Shown here: positions 37,033 through 48,061 of the stretch, in pieces
Layout of the letters: the number at the start of each line of letters is the position of its first letter
Numbering within the stretch: position 1 is the first letter of the stretch
From: Rickettsiales bacterium UBA1997
Lineage (GTDB): Bacteria > Pseudomonadota > Alphaproteobacteria > Rickettsiales > UBA1997
Length of the DNA: 64,000 bases
Assembly: GCA_964202895.1 (NCBI GenBank)
Contig: CAXNJM010000002.1
Coordinates: 1-64,000, forward strand
Reading direction: 5' to 3'
Notes under the pieces: generated by a model
Told to the model about the DNA's origin: nothing
The model's database searches: none
The model's input: the letters and a program-made list of their open reading frames with translations, nothing else
Program-made: the position numbers and the translations under genes

Positions 37033-38781
37033 TTATTCGATGAAGTGAATATAAACCTCGGTTGCTGGTCTTTTGCCCATGATATCTTCAAAAATTTTAA
37101 TAACTCTTGAGCGAGTTGATTTTTCAAGCTCGTTAACGATTTTTTTGCTATCTATTTTGCCTTTTTTCTTTTTAAGGAAATCGATATTAAATAATTGTTT
37201 TTTCTGTGATCCAGAATCTCTGATTAGTTCTCTAGATTTATTATTGACAATGTTAGTTACTTCTCTTTCAAGGTATTGCAGGGTTTCTCTGTCGTTTTTT
37301 AAGTCAAAAGAGCCAATACAATTTATTTTTGGTTTATTGATAATTTTGAGTGAAATGTCGATTGCCATTGAGATTATGACAATTCCAGTTTCCTGAAGTT
37401 TTTTTCTTTCTCTTAAAACATCGCTCTGCATATAGAGTAGTTGCTTGCCGTCAACTGCAAAATAGCCAGATTTAACATAGCCAACTTTTTGACATTCTTC
37501 TCTTGATATTTTTACCGCTAGGCCATTTTCTATTTGAAGAACTTTTTCAACTCCGCAATCTCTAGCAATTTCGCTATGAGCTTTGGTGTGCAAAAATTCA
37601 CCGTGAACAGGAATGGCGATTTTTGGTTGTGCCAATTGATACATTTCTCTTAATTCATCTTGCGAGGGGTGCCCTGAAACATGAACAAAATGATCTTTTT
37701 CGGTCATTACATCGATCTGCCTTTTTGCTAGAGCATCGAATAGTTCAAAAATCTTTTTTTCATTACCAGGAATGATTTTAGATGAAAATATCATTAAATC
37801 ATTTTTATTAAAACGAATAGTCGGATGATTATCGGTGGCTATTTTTCTTGCAGAAGCAAGTAATTCCCCTTGACAACCAGTGCAGATGATCAGGATTTCA
37901 TTTTTAGAATAGCCTTTAATTTGCTTATCGGATATAAATTCAAAATTTTCATCAAAATAACCGCTTCTTTTTCCCACTTCGCAGATTCTTTGTAAAGAAT
38001 AGCCAGCTAATACTACTTTTCTTCCCACTTCTTTGGCAATTTTGGCGATGGTATAAATTCTGGCAATATTTGAAGCAAATGTGCTGACTCCAACATAGCC
38101 AGTTCTGCCTATAATTAGCTCTTTTAAAGATTGGTAAAGTTCTCCTTCTGAACGAGAATGCCCTGCGGATAATGCATTGGTTGAGTCGCAGATAACGGCA
38201 AGAATTTCGTTATTATCGCCCAATTCTTTGATTCTTTTTTTATCTGATATTTCTCCTACTACTGGTTCGGGGTCGAATTTCCAATCTCCGGTGTGAAGAA
38301 TGTTGCCTTTTTCGGTTTTTATTATCAATGCTTTCATCTCAGGAACTGAGTGAGTCAGCCCAATAAATTCAATGGTAAACGGGTTTAACTTTAATTCTAT
38401 TTTAGGGTCGATGATATGAATTGGAACAACTTTATCTAACTTATATTCTGCAAGTTTAGATTTCAAAAAGTTGGCAGTTAATAGCGAGCAATATACGGGA
38501 GCGTTTAGTTCTTCCCATAAATATTGCACTGCGCCAAGGTGATCTTCGTGAATATGGGTTAAAATTATGCCGATAAGATCTTTTTTGTGAGCCTTGATGA
38601 AGGAAATATCTGCGGTCATCATATCAACACCGGGGATATTGCTGGCAAAACCTACTCCAAGGTCAACCATTAGCCATTTACCATTTAAGTGATAAAGATT
38701 GACATTCATTCCTATTTCATTGGCACCACCAAGTGCTATGAAAAGGAGATCATCCTTGTGTTTTTTTAAATTTAAATCCAT
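37033..38781 (-). CDS. rnj: Ribonuclease J
   Basis: 582 aa; metallo-beta-lactamase HIHEDHLG, beta-CASP and C-terminal domains. Confidence 0.85.
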   Translation of the reverse strand: MDLNLKKHKDDLLFIALGGANEIGMNVNLYHLNGKWLMVDLGVGFASNIPGVDMMTADISFIKAHKKDLIGIILTHIHEDHLGAVQYLWEELNAPVYCSLLTANFLKSKLAEYKLDKVVPIHIIDPKIELKLNPFTIEFIGLTHSVPEMKALIIKTEKGNILHTGDWKFDPEPVVGEISDKKRIKELGDNNEILAVICDSTNALSAGHSRSEGELYQSLKELIIGRTGYVGVSTFASNIARIYTIAKIAKEVGRKVVLAGYSLQRICEVGKRSGYFDENFEFISDKQIKGYSKNEILIICTGCQGELLASARKIATDNHPTIRFNKNDLMIFSSKIIPGNEKKIFELFDALAKRQIDVMTEKDHFVHVSGHPSQDELREMYQLAQPKIAIPVHGEFLHTKAHSEIARDCGVEKVLQIENGLAVKISREECQKVGYVKSGYFAVDGKQLLYMQSDVLRERKKLQETGIVIISMAIDISLKIINKPKINCIGSFDLKNDRETLQYLEREVTNIVNNKSRELIRDSGSQKKQLFNIDFLKKKKGKIDSKKIVNELEKSTRSRVIKIFEDIMGKRPATEVYIHFIE

Positions 38782-38862
38782 TTTATTTTTTGCGATTGCT
38801 CTATTTTATTTATTGTGTTTAGAATAACCTTGCAAAGTAAGTGATTGCAAGGTTTGCTTATA

Positions 38863-39390
38863 TTATTTTTGATATCTTTTAATTGCTTCTTCAATGATAA
38901 TTTTGGCTTTTTTCTCATCTTCAAAGCCTTTTACTTTAACCCATTTTCCACTTTCAAGATCTTTATAATGTTCAAAAAAATGTTTAATTTTATTGATTAA
39001 ATTTGCAGGGAGATCTTGATAAGATTCAATATTTTCAAATTGAGAATTTAGTTTTTGAGCGGGAACGGCAAGAATTTTTTCGTCCATTCCTTTTTCGTCT
39101 TCCATAATTAAAACACCAATTGGCTTAACTGCGATTACTGCTCCTGAAATAATTGGAAAATCAGAAACAACTAATACATCTGCGGGGTCGCCGTCTTCTG
39201 ATAATGTGTGAGGAATGAAGCCATAATTGCATGGGTAATACATTGCGGTGCCAATAAAGCGATCGACAAAGATTGCTCCCGAATCTTTATCGGCTTCATA
39301 TTTTACAGGATCGGCATTCATTGGCACTTCAATAATAACATTTACTTGATGTGGGGGGTTCTTGCCAATGGATATTTTTTCTATATTCAT
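38863..39390 (-). CDS. ppa: Inorganic pyrophosphatase
   Basis: 175 aa; family I PPase pattern (VIIEVP...DGDPADVLV...D). Confidence 0.9.
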   Translation of the reverse strand: MNIEKISIGKNPPHQVNVIIEVPMNADPVKYEADKDSGAIFVDRFIGTAMYYPCNYGFIPHTLSEDGDPADVLVVSDFPIISGAVIAVKPIGVLIMEDEKGMDEKILAVPAQKLNSQFENIESYQDLPANLINKIKHFFEHYKDLESGKWVKVKGFEDEKKAKIIIEEAIKRYQK

Positions 39391-39539
39391 AATTTGTTTA
39401 TTTGATTTATATATAAGGATTAAAATTTTACAAAATCTAACTAGATTTTTATATCTTGCAAGTTTTATATATTGAGTTTATTTTTTACAATTCTTTAAAG
39501 TTAAAAAAATTAACAATCAAATCAATATTGCTAAATATA

Positions 39540-40217
39540 ATGTTAGATATTAAACAAAATCTCTTAATTATCAATCAAGAGATAGAAAAAACTTGTAATA
39601 TTTTTGGTTTTAATGCTAATCAAGTTAATTTGATTGCGGTTTCAAAAACAGTAGATAAAAGCTTAATTTATCAAGCAATTGAGAATGGTTGCAAGGTTTT
39701 TGGTGAAAATTATGTGCAAGAAGCAAAAGAAAAATGGCCCGAAATTAAATTAAAGTTTCCGCAAATAAAATTGCATTTAATTGGGCATCTGCAAAGCAAT
39801 AAAAGCGATGAAGCATTGCAATTATTTGATTCAATCGATAGTTTAGACAGCGAAAAACTTGCAATTGCAATTGCTAAATCTGCTCGCAAATATCAAAAAA
39901 ATCCACAAATTTTTATCCAAGTCAATATTGGTAATGAGTTGCAAAAGTCTGGAATTGCAATTAATGAATTAGAAGATTTTATTAATCTTGTAAAAAATGA
40001 TTGCAAATTGAATTTAGTTGGTTTGATGGCTATTCCGCCTGAAAATGCTGTTGAAAATGGCGATGTAGCTCTATATTTTGGATTATTAGCAAAATTTGCA
40101 AAAAAATATCATCTTAAAAATTTATCAATGGGAATGAGTAATGATTTTAAGCAAGCTATTGCTTTAGGGGCAACTCATATTAGAATTGGTTCGGCAATTT
40201 TTGGCAAAAGAAAATGA
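39540..40217 (+). CDS. yggS: YggS-family pyridoxal phosphate homeostasis protein
   Basis: Start trimmed to MLDIKQN. LIAVSKTV, FGENYVQEA, LHLIGHLQSNK and GMSNDF motifs of the alanine-racemase-N fold. Confidence 0.8.
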   Translation: MLDIKQNLLIINQEIEKTCNIFGFNANQVNLIAVSKTVDKSLIYQAIENGCKVFGENYVQEAKEKWPEIKLKFPQIKLHLIGHLQSNKSDEALQLFDSIDSLDSEKLAIAIAKSARKYQKNPQIFIQVNIGNELQKSGIAINELEDFINLVKNDCKLNLVGLMAIPPENAVENGDVALYFGLLAKFAKKYHLKNLSMGMSNDFKQAIALGATHIRIGSAIFGKRK

Positions 40218-41703
40218 TTTCATGATCTTTCAATCTTTTAATTTTTTATTGCTATTCTTGCCCTTGGCTCTTACTGCTTATTATGTTAGTAAGAATAATG
40301 GCTTTAGAAATATTATTTTAATTATTACTAGCTTTATCTTTTATGCTTGGGGTAATTGGTGGTGGGCATTGATCTTGATTTCTTCTGCGGTGGTTGATTT
40401 TACTCTTGCACAAAAAATTAATTTATTAAATCAAAAATTATTAATTAGCGATAATAAGCAAGAAATTAATATTTTAGCGATTAATCGCCAAAGAAAAATA
40501 ATCTTAATCACCAGTATTGTTTTTAATATCTCTCTGCTAGCTTTCTTTAAATATTGGGATTGGTTAATTGGCTTAATAGAAGATGGCTTATTTATTGATT
40601 TAACCTTCTTAAAACATTATCTTCCTTTGCCAGTAGCAATTTCATTTTATACCTTTGAAAGCCTTAGCTATATTATAGATATATATCGAAAACAATTCAA
40701 ACCTACTAAAAATTTTCTTGATTATTTAACTTTCATTGCTTTCTTCCCTAAGTTAGTAGCTGGACCAATTATGAGGGCCCATGAGTTATTGCCACAACTT
40801 ACTAAATTAAGAAAAAGACCTAGCTACCGCAATATTGAAATGGCAATTTTCTTGATTAGCTGGGGTTTGTTCAAAAAACTTGTATTCGCTGATAATCTTG
40901 GCCATTTGGTAGATAGATGCAGAGAAAATATTAACAATGCAGGAGTTGGCTTAATTCTTGCCATTGCTTTTTCTTATCAAATATATTGCGATTTCAGTGC
41001 CTATTGCGATATCGCCAGAGGAGTTGCCAAACTCTTCTCAATTAGATTGGGTAGGAATTTTTTAAACCCGCTACTAATTACTAATCCTGGCGATTTATTT
41101 AAGAAATGGAACATTACTCTTTCTAATTGGGTTAGAGACTATATTTATATTCCGATGGGAGGTAATAGATGCTCTTTAGTTAGAAGCATTTTTAATCTTT
41201 ATTTTACTATGTTTATAATTGGCGCATGGCACGGAGCTGGTATTTTCTATATTTTATACGGTTTATTTTTTTCAACATTGGTGCTTATTTATAAAATTAT
41301 ACCACTTCATAAAATTCTCCCCTTCATTCTAGGGAAAAAAATTGGTAATTTTTTTAGTATAACGATAATGTTTTTTCTGATTTCCTACGGAATGATGATT
41401 TTTTGGTCAAAAACACTTAATGATTTTATTGATATTTCTAGCAGTTTTCTGCAAATTAAAGAAATTATATTCTTAAAAAATAGCCCCACTCCAGAGTTTA
41501 TAAAATTATTATATGGTTTATTAATTTTTGTTCTACCGATTTTAGTTACTGATATTATTGGCTATAAAAGAAACCGTGAATTTGTTGATTTATATCCAAA
41601 ATTTAGAGGTTTTGTTAAAATTAGCTTATTTGTTGCCATGTTTTACTTAACCTTGTTTTTAGCATCTCGCGGTAGTTATAATTTTATTTATTTTCAATTT
41701 TAG
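40186..41703 (+). CDS. MBOAT-family membrane-bound O-acyltransferase (AlgI/PatA/DltB-like)
   Basis: 505 aa, multi-TM. FKKWNITLSNWVRDYIYIPMGGNR matches the MBOAT W.RWHISLS.WLRDY.YIPLGG block with the His replaced by Asn. The downstream IIGAWHGAG motif is present. Confidence 0.8.
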   Translation: MVRQFLAKENDFMIFQSFNFLLLFLPLALTAYYVSKNNGFRNIILIITSFIFYAWGNWWWALILISSAVVDFTLAQKINLLNQKLLISDNKQEINILAINRQRKIILITSIVFNISLLAFFKYWDWLIGLIEDGLFIDLTFLKHYLPLPVAISFYTFESLSYIIDIYRKQFKPTKNFLDYLTFIAFFPKLVAGPIMRAHELLPQLTKLRKRPSYRNIEMAIFLISWGLFKKLVFADNLGHLVDRCRENINNAGVGLILAIAFSYQIYCDFSAYCDIARGVAKLFSIRLGRNFLNPLLITNPGDLFKKWNITLSNWVRDYIYIPMGGNRCSLVRSIFNLYFTMFIIGAWHGAGIFYILYGLFFSTLVLIYKIIPLHKILPFILGKKIGNFFSITIMFFLISYGMMIFWSKTLNDFIDISSSFLQIKEIIFLKNSPTPEFIKLLYGLLIFVLPILVTDIIGYKRNREFVDLYPKFRGFVKISLFVAMFYLTLFLASRGSYNFIYFQF

Positions 41704-42756
41704 ATGTTAGTTATTTTTCGTTCTTTTAGCAAATTATTGTTGGCGATATGCCTGATTCTGGTGATTGAATTAACGGTGTTTTTGGTGAATAATTATGAAG
41801 ATTTATTAAAAATTATAAGGGCAGAAAATATCTTAGAAATGTCTTTTCTAAAAAAAGAGGCATTTACAAAAAAAATGATTAGTGTTAAAAATTTTTTTCT
41901 TCTTAATCAAGATTCTGATATATTAATAGTTGGCGATTCTTCGGGCTTATATGGCTTAAAACCTAGTGTTATTAATAATTACTTCAAAAATCACAAAACT
42001 ATTAATCTATCAATTACCGCTGAAATTAGCTGGAATGGACATAGAGAGATTGCGGATTATTATTTAAAAAATAATAAAAATATAAAATATTTAATTTTTC
42101 ATTTTTCGGCATATGGTTTGCCAAAAATTATTGAGCATAAATTTAGCAATGAATTAAGTGAGAATATAGAATCTGTATATAGCCAGAGGTGGAAAATGTT
42201 TTACAATCTTCCTTCCCTTTATTTTAGAAAAGATGTTATAAATTCATTATATTACAAAATATTTCCTTATCAATATCTTCAAGGCTTTTCGTTTTATGAA
42301 GGTTTTTTAAATAATTCTGGTGTCAATCAAGAGAATATTGCCAGTTTTTTTGATAAAGAAAAAGGTTGGTTCCCTCTTTATAATAATATGAATGATATTA
42401 TTCCCGTTGGTGATTGTGGAAAATTTATTGTTGAAGATTTTATCAATTTAGAAGATAATATCTTGAGTTTTAGAGGGGGGCTTCAGAAAATTAAGAAATT
42501 TGCCAGTAATCACCCTAATTTAAAGGTTGCATTGATTTTTAACCCTGTTGCTTGCAATGTCTCCGATAAAGTTATGCCCTTTGTTAATGAATTGGAAAAT
42601 TTTAAAAAAAATAATCCAAATATTTTTATTCCTTACGGCTATATCAAAACATATGACCTAAGTTATTTTTATGATAGAGCTCATTTTAATAATGATGGTG
42701 CTGAAATATATTCTAATGAAATTGCGAAAAAACTAATCGACTTTATTGATAAATAG
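41704..42756 (+). CDS. Probable SGNH/AlgX-AlgJ-like O-acetylation partner protein
   Basis: 350 aa. N-terminal TM anchor. ILIVGDSSG (GDS-type motif). DRAHFNNDGAEIYSNEIAK near the C-terminus fits the DxxH catalytic pair. Tightly linked to the MBOAT gene with a 0 bp gap. Confidence 0.45.
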   Translation: MLVIFRSFSKLLLAICLILVIELTVFLVNNYEDLLKIIRAENILEMSFLKKEAFTKKMISVKNFFLLNQDSDILIVGDSSGLYGLKPSVINNYFKNHKTINLSITAEISWNGHREIADYYLKNNKNIKYLIFHFSAYGLPKIIEHKFSNELSENIESVYSQRWKMFYNLPSLYFRKDVINSLYYKIFPYQYLQGFSFYEGFLNNSGVNQENIASFFDKEKGWFPLYNNMNDIIPVGDCGKFIVEDFINLEDNILSFRGGLQKIKKFASNHPNLKVALIFNPVACNVSDKVMPFVNELENFKKNNPNIFIPYGYIKTYDLSYFYDRAHFNNDGAEIYSNEIAKKLIDFIDK

Positions 42757-42962
42757 TGAGTTTAGGTGTAATTATTTTTTTAAATTCCCCTATTATCTAG
42801 GTCTCTTTTGTTCAAAAATTATTAAAAATAAATATTTGTTTTTTAAATAAAAAGAATATTATTAAATCTTCACTTAAATTATTGATTAATTGATTTTGCT
42901 TTTATCTAAACAAGCCCTTAAAAAAGGTTTTGAGAAATTAATAATAAACAAATCTTATAAAA

Positions 42963-43712
42963 ATGTTTTCACTAAAAAATAAAAATGCCCTAATTACTGG
43001 TGCAACTGGCGGTATCGGTAATGCAATTGCTAAAACTCTTGCTAAGCAAGGAGCTAGGCTGGTTTTATCTTCAACTAAAGAAGATAAATTAAAAGAATTA
43101 ATTTCTTCTTTAACCAATAATAGCAACGGAGAGCATCAAATTGCTACTTGTAATTTGGCAGATAAAGCGAGTGTTTCCGCTCTATTTGATAAGGCAGAAG
43201 AGTTGGTCGGGCAAATCGATATATTAATTTGTAATGCTGGTGTTACTAAAGATAATCTAATTTTAAGAATGAAAGACGAAGATTTCGAATCGGTGCTAGA
43301 TATCAATCTTCGCTCAACTTTTATTTTGAATCGCGATGCAATAAAAAAAATGATGAAAAGAAAATACGGCAGAATTATCAATATTTCTTCAGTTGTTGCA
43401 GTCACTGGTAACCCAGGTCAATCTAATTATGTCGCCTCTAAAGCGGGAATGATAGGAATGTCAAAATCTATGGCACAAGAAATTGCTAGCCGTGGCATTA
43501 CAATTAACTCTGTCGCTCCCGGTTTTATTGAAAGCCCAATGACAGAAATTCTTACTGATCAACAAAAATCGGCTATTTTACACAAAATTCCTGCGGGTAA
43601 AATGGGCTTGCCAATTGATATAGCTAACGGAGTGGCTTTTTTAGCTAGCGATGAAGCTTCATACATAACTGGCCACACTCTGCATATTAACGGCGGAATG
43701 TTTATGGCATAA
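42963..43712 (+). CDS. fabG: 3-oxoacyl-[acyl-carrier-protein] reductase
   Basis: 249 aa; ALITGATGGIGNAIAK Rossmann, NAG, YVASKAG catalytic YxxxK. Confidence 0.85.
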   Translation: MFSLKNKNALITGATGGIGNAIAKTLAKQGARLVLSSTKEDKLKELISSLTNNSNGEHQIATCNLADKASVSALFDKAEELVGQIDILICNAGVTKDNLILRMKDEDFESVLDINLRSTFILNRDAIKKMMKRKYGRIINISSVVAVTGNPGQSNYVASKAGMIGMSKSMAQEIASRGITINSVAPGFIESPMTEILTDQQKSAILHKIPAGKMGLPIDIANGVAFLASDEASYITGHTLHINGGMFMA

Positions 43713-43723
43713 AATATAAACTT

Positions 43724-44710
43724 ATGAAAACAAAAAATACAAAAATACAAGTTAAAAAAAACGATATTAAAAAAAGTAATCAAAAAAAGGTTGATAAGCC
43801 TAAAACAATAGCGGACAAAATATCTCTTTTTAAACAAGAAGATGGCTTTTTAGGGATATCTGAAAAATATGAAAAGGGCGATATTGATAATGCTAAAGTC
43901 GTGGTCGTGCCTTTTGGCTTAGAAAAGTCAGTAAGTTACGGCGGAGGCACAAAAAATGGCCCTACCGCAATCATTAAAGCATCTCATCAAGTTGAATTAT
44001 TTGACGAAGAATTTTGGTGCGAGCCTTGCAAGGAATACGGAGTTATTACTGCAAAACCAACAAAGATCGATAAAACATCAATTGAAAAAGCCCTTAAACA
44101 GCTTGAATCTATTACCGAAACCATTCTTGATTATGATAAATTTCCTTTAATTCTTGGTGGAGAGCATTCGATAACCGCTGGCTCTATTCGTCCTTTTGTA
44201 AAAAAATATCCTAATATTGCAATTCTGCACTTTGATGCTCATGCCGATCTTAGAGATGGCTATGACGGCGAACATTATTCACATGCATCTGCTCTTAGAA
44301 GAGTAATGGATAACGACATTTCAACTTTAATTTCTTGTGGAATTCGCAATATATCTGCCGGAGAAATACCTTATCTAGAGGCAAATAAGGATAGAATCAA
44401 GATTCATTTCGCTAAAGATAGAAGAAGCTGGGATATTAAAAAAATTGTTGCCCCATTAAAAGGCAGACCAGTATTTTTAACTTTTGATATTGATGGTTTT
44501 GATGCAAGCTTAATGCAGGCAACAGGAACCCCAGAACCGGGAGGGTTTTTTTGGGAAGATGCCATGGATATAATAAAAGAAGCTAGCAAAATAAGTAATT
44601 TTGTTGGTGCCGATGTCGTTGAATTGGCTCCGGTTAAGCACCTCCATTCTTGTGATTTTATGACCGCAAAATTATGCTATAAAATTTTATCTTATGCTTT
44701 GATGAAATAA
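43724..44710 (+). CDS. Ureohydrolase of the arginase/agmatinase family (probable agmatinase)
   Basis: 328 aa; Mn-binding GGEHSIT, DAHADL, FDIDGFDAS; Lys-rich N-terminal extension. Confidence 0.75.
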   Translation: MKTKNTKIQVKKNDIKKSNQKKVDKPKTIADKISLFKQEDGFLGISEKYEKGDIDNAKVVVVPFGLEKSVSYGGGTKNGPTAIIKASHQVELFDEEFWCEPCKEYGVITAKPTKIDKTSIEKALKQLESITETILDYDKFPLILGGEHSITAGSIRPFVKKYPNIAILHFDAHADLRDGYDGEHYSHASALRRVMDNDISTLISCGIRNISAGEIPYLEANKDRIKIHFAKDRRSWDIKKIVAPLKGRPVFLTFDIDGFDASLMQATGTPEPGGFFWEDAMDIIKEASKISNFVGADVVELAPVKHLHSCDFMTAKLCYKILSYALMK

Positions 44711-44927
44711 GCAATTGCCAGTCAACAGACCTTGGTAATCGACCATGGTAATCGACTTTGGCAATTCAGCATTTTTTCGCAATGGCTCATTTAAAAAATT
44801 AATATTAGAAAAAATAGCTAATATCTTGCAAATAAAACCATAGATTTCTATTATAAATCATAATATTTTGCAATCAGGTTGCAAATAATTAATCACTAAA
44901 CCAAAATAAGCACAATCATTTAAGCTG

Positions 44928-46838
44928 ATGCAAGAAGAATTTGAAATATCAGACATCGATAGAGAAGAGGCTGATTATGTTATTGAATTAATTAAAAAAA
45001 TATCAAAGCAAGAAGAGTCTGCAATTTTATGCACCTCAGATTCATCTAATCCTAACTGTTTTTCAATTACTTATGCTAATAAAGCATTTCTTAACTTGTT
45101 CAATGTTGAGCATTTTTTAGTGGTTGGCAAAGATTTTGATTTTCTATTTAAAGATATCGACTTAAATTGTGAGTCTCTTCAATATCATGAATATGCAAAG
45201 TTAATTAAAGCGGTAAAAAACTTTAAATTTTGCTCTGCAATTATTGATATCAAAGGTTTGTTGCCAAGAAATTTTGATTACCAAGAATCTTTTAACATTA
45301 ATTTTAATCCTGGAAAAATAATTTCAGACAAAAAATTTGCAACTATCATATTTCAAAAAGTAGCTAAAGAGCAAAACGATTATTATGCTTCACAAATTGA
45401 AAATTCTGGTTTTGTTAGTAACCTTGAAAGAATGCTCAGAAATGAGCGTTTATTAAGATCGATAAGCTATTTAGTGGTTTCTGATATAGAAATTGAGGAA
45501 ATCGCACAAAAAATTGCTAAAATTTTATGTGAACATTTTAAGGTTGATAGATGCTTGATACACGATCTTGAAGACGATTCCAGCACTAATTTTGTGGTTG
45601 AGAATTGCAGTAAATCCATGAAGCCAATAATTTCCCAATCAATAAAAAAGAATCATCAAAAAGATGTAGTTTCTCAAGAATGTCAAGATTTAATTAAATA
45701 TCTTCATTTTCAAAATGAATTATATAAAAAATTATGGCTAAGAAATAATGAATATGGTGAAAAAAAGCAGAATATATCAATCTTTGTTGAGGATGTAATT
45801 TTTGATCATAATTTTGCTCCCATTCAAGATATTTGTCAAAAATTTGGCATCGTTTCTCAGATATCGGTTATTAGTAAAATAAACAATCAAGTGAATAATG
45901 GCATATATATTCATCAGAACGAAAGAAGAAAGTGGCTTGTTGATGAAATAGAAATGATTGAAATGATAGCCGATCAATTTGCCATTGCAGTCGATCGCTC
46001 TCGCTCAATTGATAAAATTATGATAACTAATCATCAATTAACTGAAAAAACCCATCAATTAAAAGATGCATTGAGAAAGGAAAAAGAATTAAGAAAAACT
46101 CAAAATGAATTTGTAGCAACTGTTTCTCATGAATTCAAAACCCCATTGCAAATAATTGATAGCACTAGAGAATTGATGATGCGAAAATTAAAAAATACGG
46201 CAATTTTCGATGAAAATATTGAAAAAGATTTTGAAAAAATAAAAAATGGAGTTTCAAGAATGACGGGGCTAATAGACAGCACTATTAATCTTGCAAAATT
46301 AGATAGCGATCCCAATCAAATTCAGCCAAATAAAAAATATTTTGACATACGATCTTTAATAATTGATATCGTAGATAGAAGTGGCAATATTGCAAATAAT
46401 CGTAATTTAAGGGTAAATATTGATATTAATGAGTTGCCAAATAGCTTTTTTGCCGATCAAGGGCTATTAGACCATGTTTTTACCAATATGATCTCTAATG
46501 CAATGAAATATTCTAATGAAAATTCAGAAATATCAATCATTGGCAAATCTAATCAAGCAGAAATTTTAATTACAATAATAGATAGCGGTATAGGAATACC
46601 AAGCTCTGACCTTGAAGATGTTGGAAAAAAGTTTTTTCGAGCTGGTAATAGTTTAGGGGTTTCTGGAACTGGTATTGGATTATATCTAAGCAGAAATTTT
46701 GTTAATTTGCACAATGGCTCGATAAAAATTACTAGCAAAGAGGGCGTTGGAACTACTGCAATTATAACTTTGCCAGTCGATAAAACTATTTCTCCAAAAA
46801 ATTTTAAAAATTTGTTAAATCTAAGTAATATTAATTAA
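44928..46838 (+). CDS. Sensor histidine kinase (orphan; no adjacent response regulator)
   Basis: 636 aa; N-terminal PAS/GAF-like region; H-box ATVSHEFKTPL; N and G boxes (NAMKYS, DSGIGIP, GTGIGLYLS). Confidence 0.8.
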   Translation: MQEEFEISDIDREEADYVIELIKKISKQEESAILCTSDSSNPNCFSITYANKAFLNLFNVEHFLVVGKDFDFLFKDIDLNCESLQYHEYAKLIKAVKNFKFCSAIIDIKGLLPRNFDYQESFNINFNPGKIISDKKFATIIFQKVAKEQNDYYASQIENSGFVSNLERMLRNERLLRSISYLVVSDIEIEEIAQKIAKILCEHFKVDRCLIHDLEDDSSTNFVVENCSKSMKPIISQSIKKNHQKDVVSQECQDLIKYLHFQNELYKKLWLRNNEYGEKKQNISIFVEDVIFDHNFAPIQDICQKFGIVSQISVISKINNQVNNGIYIHQNERRKWLVDEIEMIEMIADQFAIAVDRSRSIDKIMITNHQLTEKTHQLKDALRKEKELRKTQNEFVATVSHEFKTPLQIIDSTRELMMRKLKNTAIFDENIEKDFEKIKNGVSRMTGLIDSTINLAKLDSDPNQIQPNKKYFDIRSLIIDIVDRSGNIANNRNLRVNIDINELPNSFFADQGLLDHVFTNMISNAMKYSNENSEISIIGKSNQAEILITIIDSGIGIPSSDLEDVGKKFFRAGNSLGVSGTGIGLYLSRNFVNLHNGSIKITSKEGVGTTAIITLPVDKTISPKNFKNLLNLSNIN

Positions 46839-46853
46839 AATAAATAATCTAAA

Positions 46854-48035
46854 ATGATCCTTAAAAATAAATTCAACATTATTAGTGGTAAAATGCCAAA
46901 AATAACCATCTCGAAATCTTTTTATATCTTAATCGCTCTTTATTCAATTTCTGCAAGAGCGGAAGATGGCTTAAAATATCCATTTTTGTCGGGAGATATT
47001 TTGATTGAGAATCGTAGCGATCATATTTATTCAAGAAAAACATCTAATAATCTTAAGGTAAATAACTCATTTTTTTATGTTGAAAATAATAGCAATCTTC
47101 ACATCAATCAATTTTGGCAAATCAAAACCAATTGGAGATTACAGCCCAATAATGTTATCACTACAAGAAATGTAGAATTTCCAGAGCGATATCGCACAAT
47201 ATTGCAAAATGATCGCTCAATAGGCATGTTGGATAGAATGGGTTTAATTGCCGAGGAGATTAAGATTAATTTTGAAAATGAAGATTTAACCGCGAATATT
47301 GGAAAATTTGACCCCACTTTTGGAACTGCTCACTTTAAATCAAAGAAATTAGGGGTTTTTACTAGAGATTTCACCGAAGATTATAATCTGCGAGAAAAAA
47401 TAGGGGGCAATTTAAATATCTTGTTAGAAAATAGCCAGATAAGCCTTAATAGCTTTTTTAACGACACAACTCCTCTTAGTGAGAGTGCCATAAATAATCG
47501 CGGACAAGCATCTCAAAATCAGGCTATATCAGGAAATAACGGTAATTTATCTTCTTATTCAGTTAATTTAAAAACTTCAAAAACTTTAGGTTTTGACAAT
47601 TGGTTCAGTAATTTAGGCTATAGAAGCCTAGGTGTAAAGAATGCTTTAAATAATTCTCGAGAATTTGGTATGGTTTTAAATTCTGAATATCTTTGGCAAT
47701 ATGGAAAAATGTCAATTGTTCCGTTTTTTGAATTGGTTAAAATTAACAATTTTACTGGTGAGAAAGATAGAAATGCCCTATATTCAACCACCGCAATGAT
47801 GTTGCGATATAATAATTGGAATATGAGCGGTAGTTTTATTAATCGCAACATAAAAAGTAAAATTAAGAATTATTCAATCAGAGATTATCAAGCTCAAATT
47901 TCGGTTGGTTATAAATTTAAAAATGGCTTTGCGATTGATTTAACTAGGGCAAATATAAAAGAGTCTTCTTTAAATTCAGCTTCGAGCAAGGCTTCTTTGA
48001 TTGGTGCAAATTTAAGTTATCTTTATAAATTTTAA
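46854..48035 (+). CDS. Putative outer-membrane beta-barrel protein
   Basis: 393 aa; signal peptide; alternating-residue strands; C-terminal YLYKF aromatic terminus. Confidence 0.5.
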   Translation: MILKNKFNIISGKMPKITISKSFYILIALYSISARAEDGLKYPFLSGDILIENRSDHIYSRKTSNNLKVNNSFFYVENNSNLHINQFWQIKTNWRLQPNNVITTRNVEFPERYRTILQNDRSIGMLDRMGLIAEEIKINFENEDLTANIGKFDPTFGTAHFKSKKLGVFTRDFTEDYNLREKIGGNLNILLENSQISLNSFFNDTTPLSESAINNRGQASQNQAISGNNGNLSSYSVNLKTSKTLGFDNWFSNLGYRSLGVKNALNNSREFGMVLNSEYLWQYGKMSIVPFFELVKINNFTGEKDRNALYSTTAMMLRYNNWNMSGSFINRNIKSKIKNYSIRDYQAQISVGYKFKNGFAIDLTRANIKESSLNSASSKASLIGANLSYLYKF

Positions 48036-48061
48036 TATCTATTTAAAGAAGCTTTAGATTG

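Noticed and set aside
39456-39539. N-terminal 28-codon extension of the yggS ORF
   Set aside because: The extension is hydrophobic low-complexity; homologues start at the internal MLDIKQN
44740-44775. Duplicated tggtaatcgac motif downstream of the ureohydrolase gene
   Set aside because: Only two short copies; could be a chance repeat or a weak terminator region
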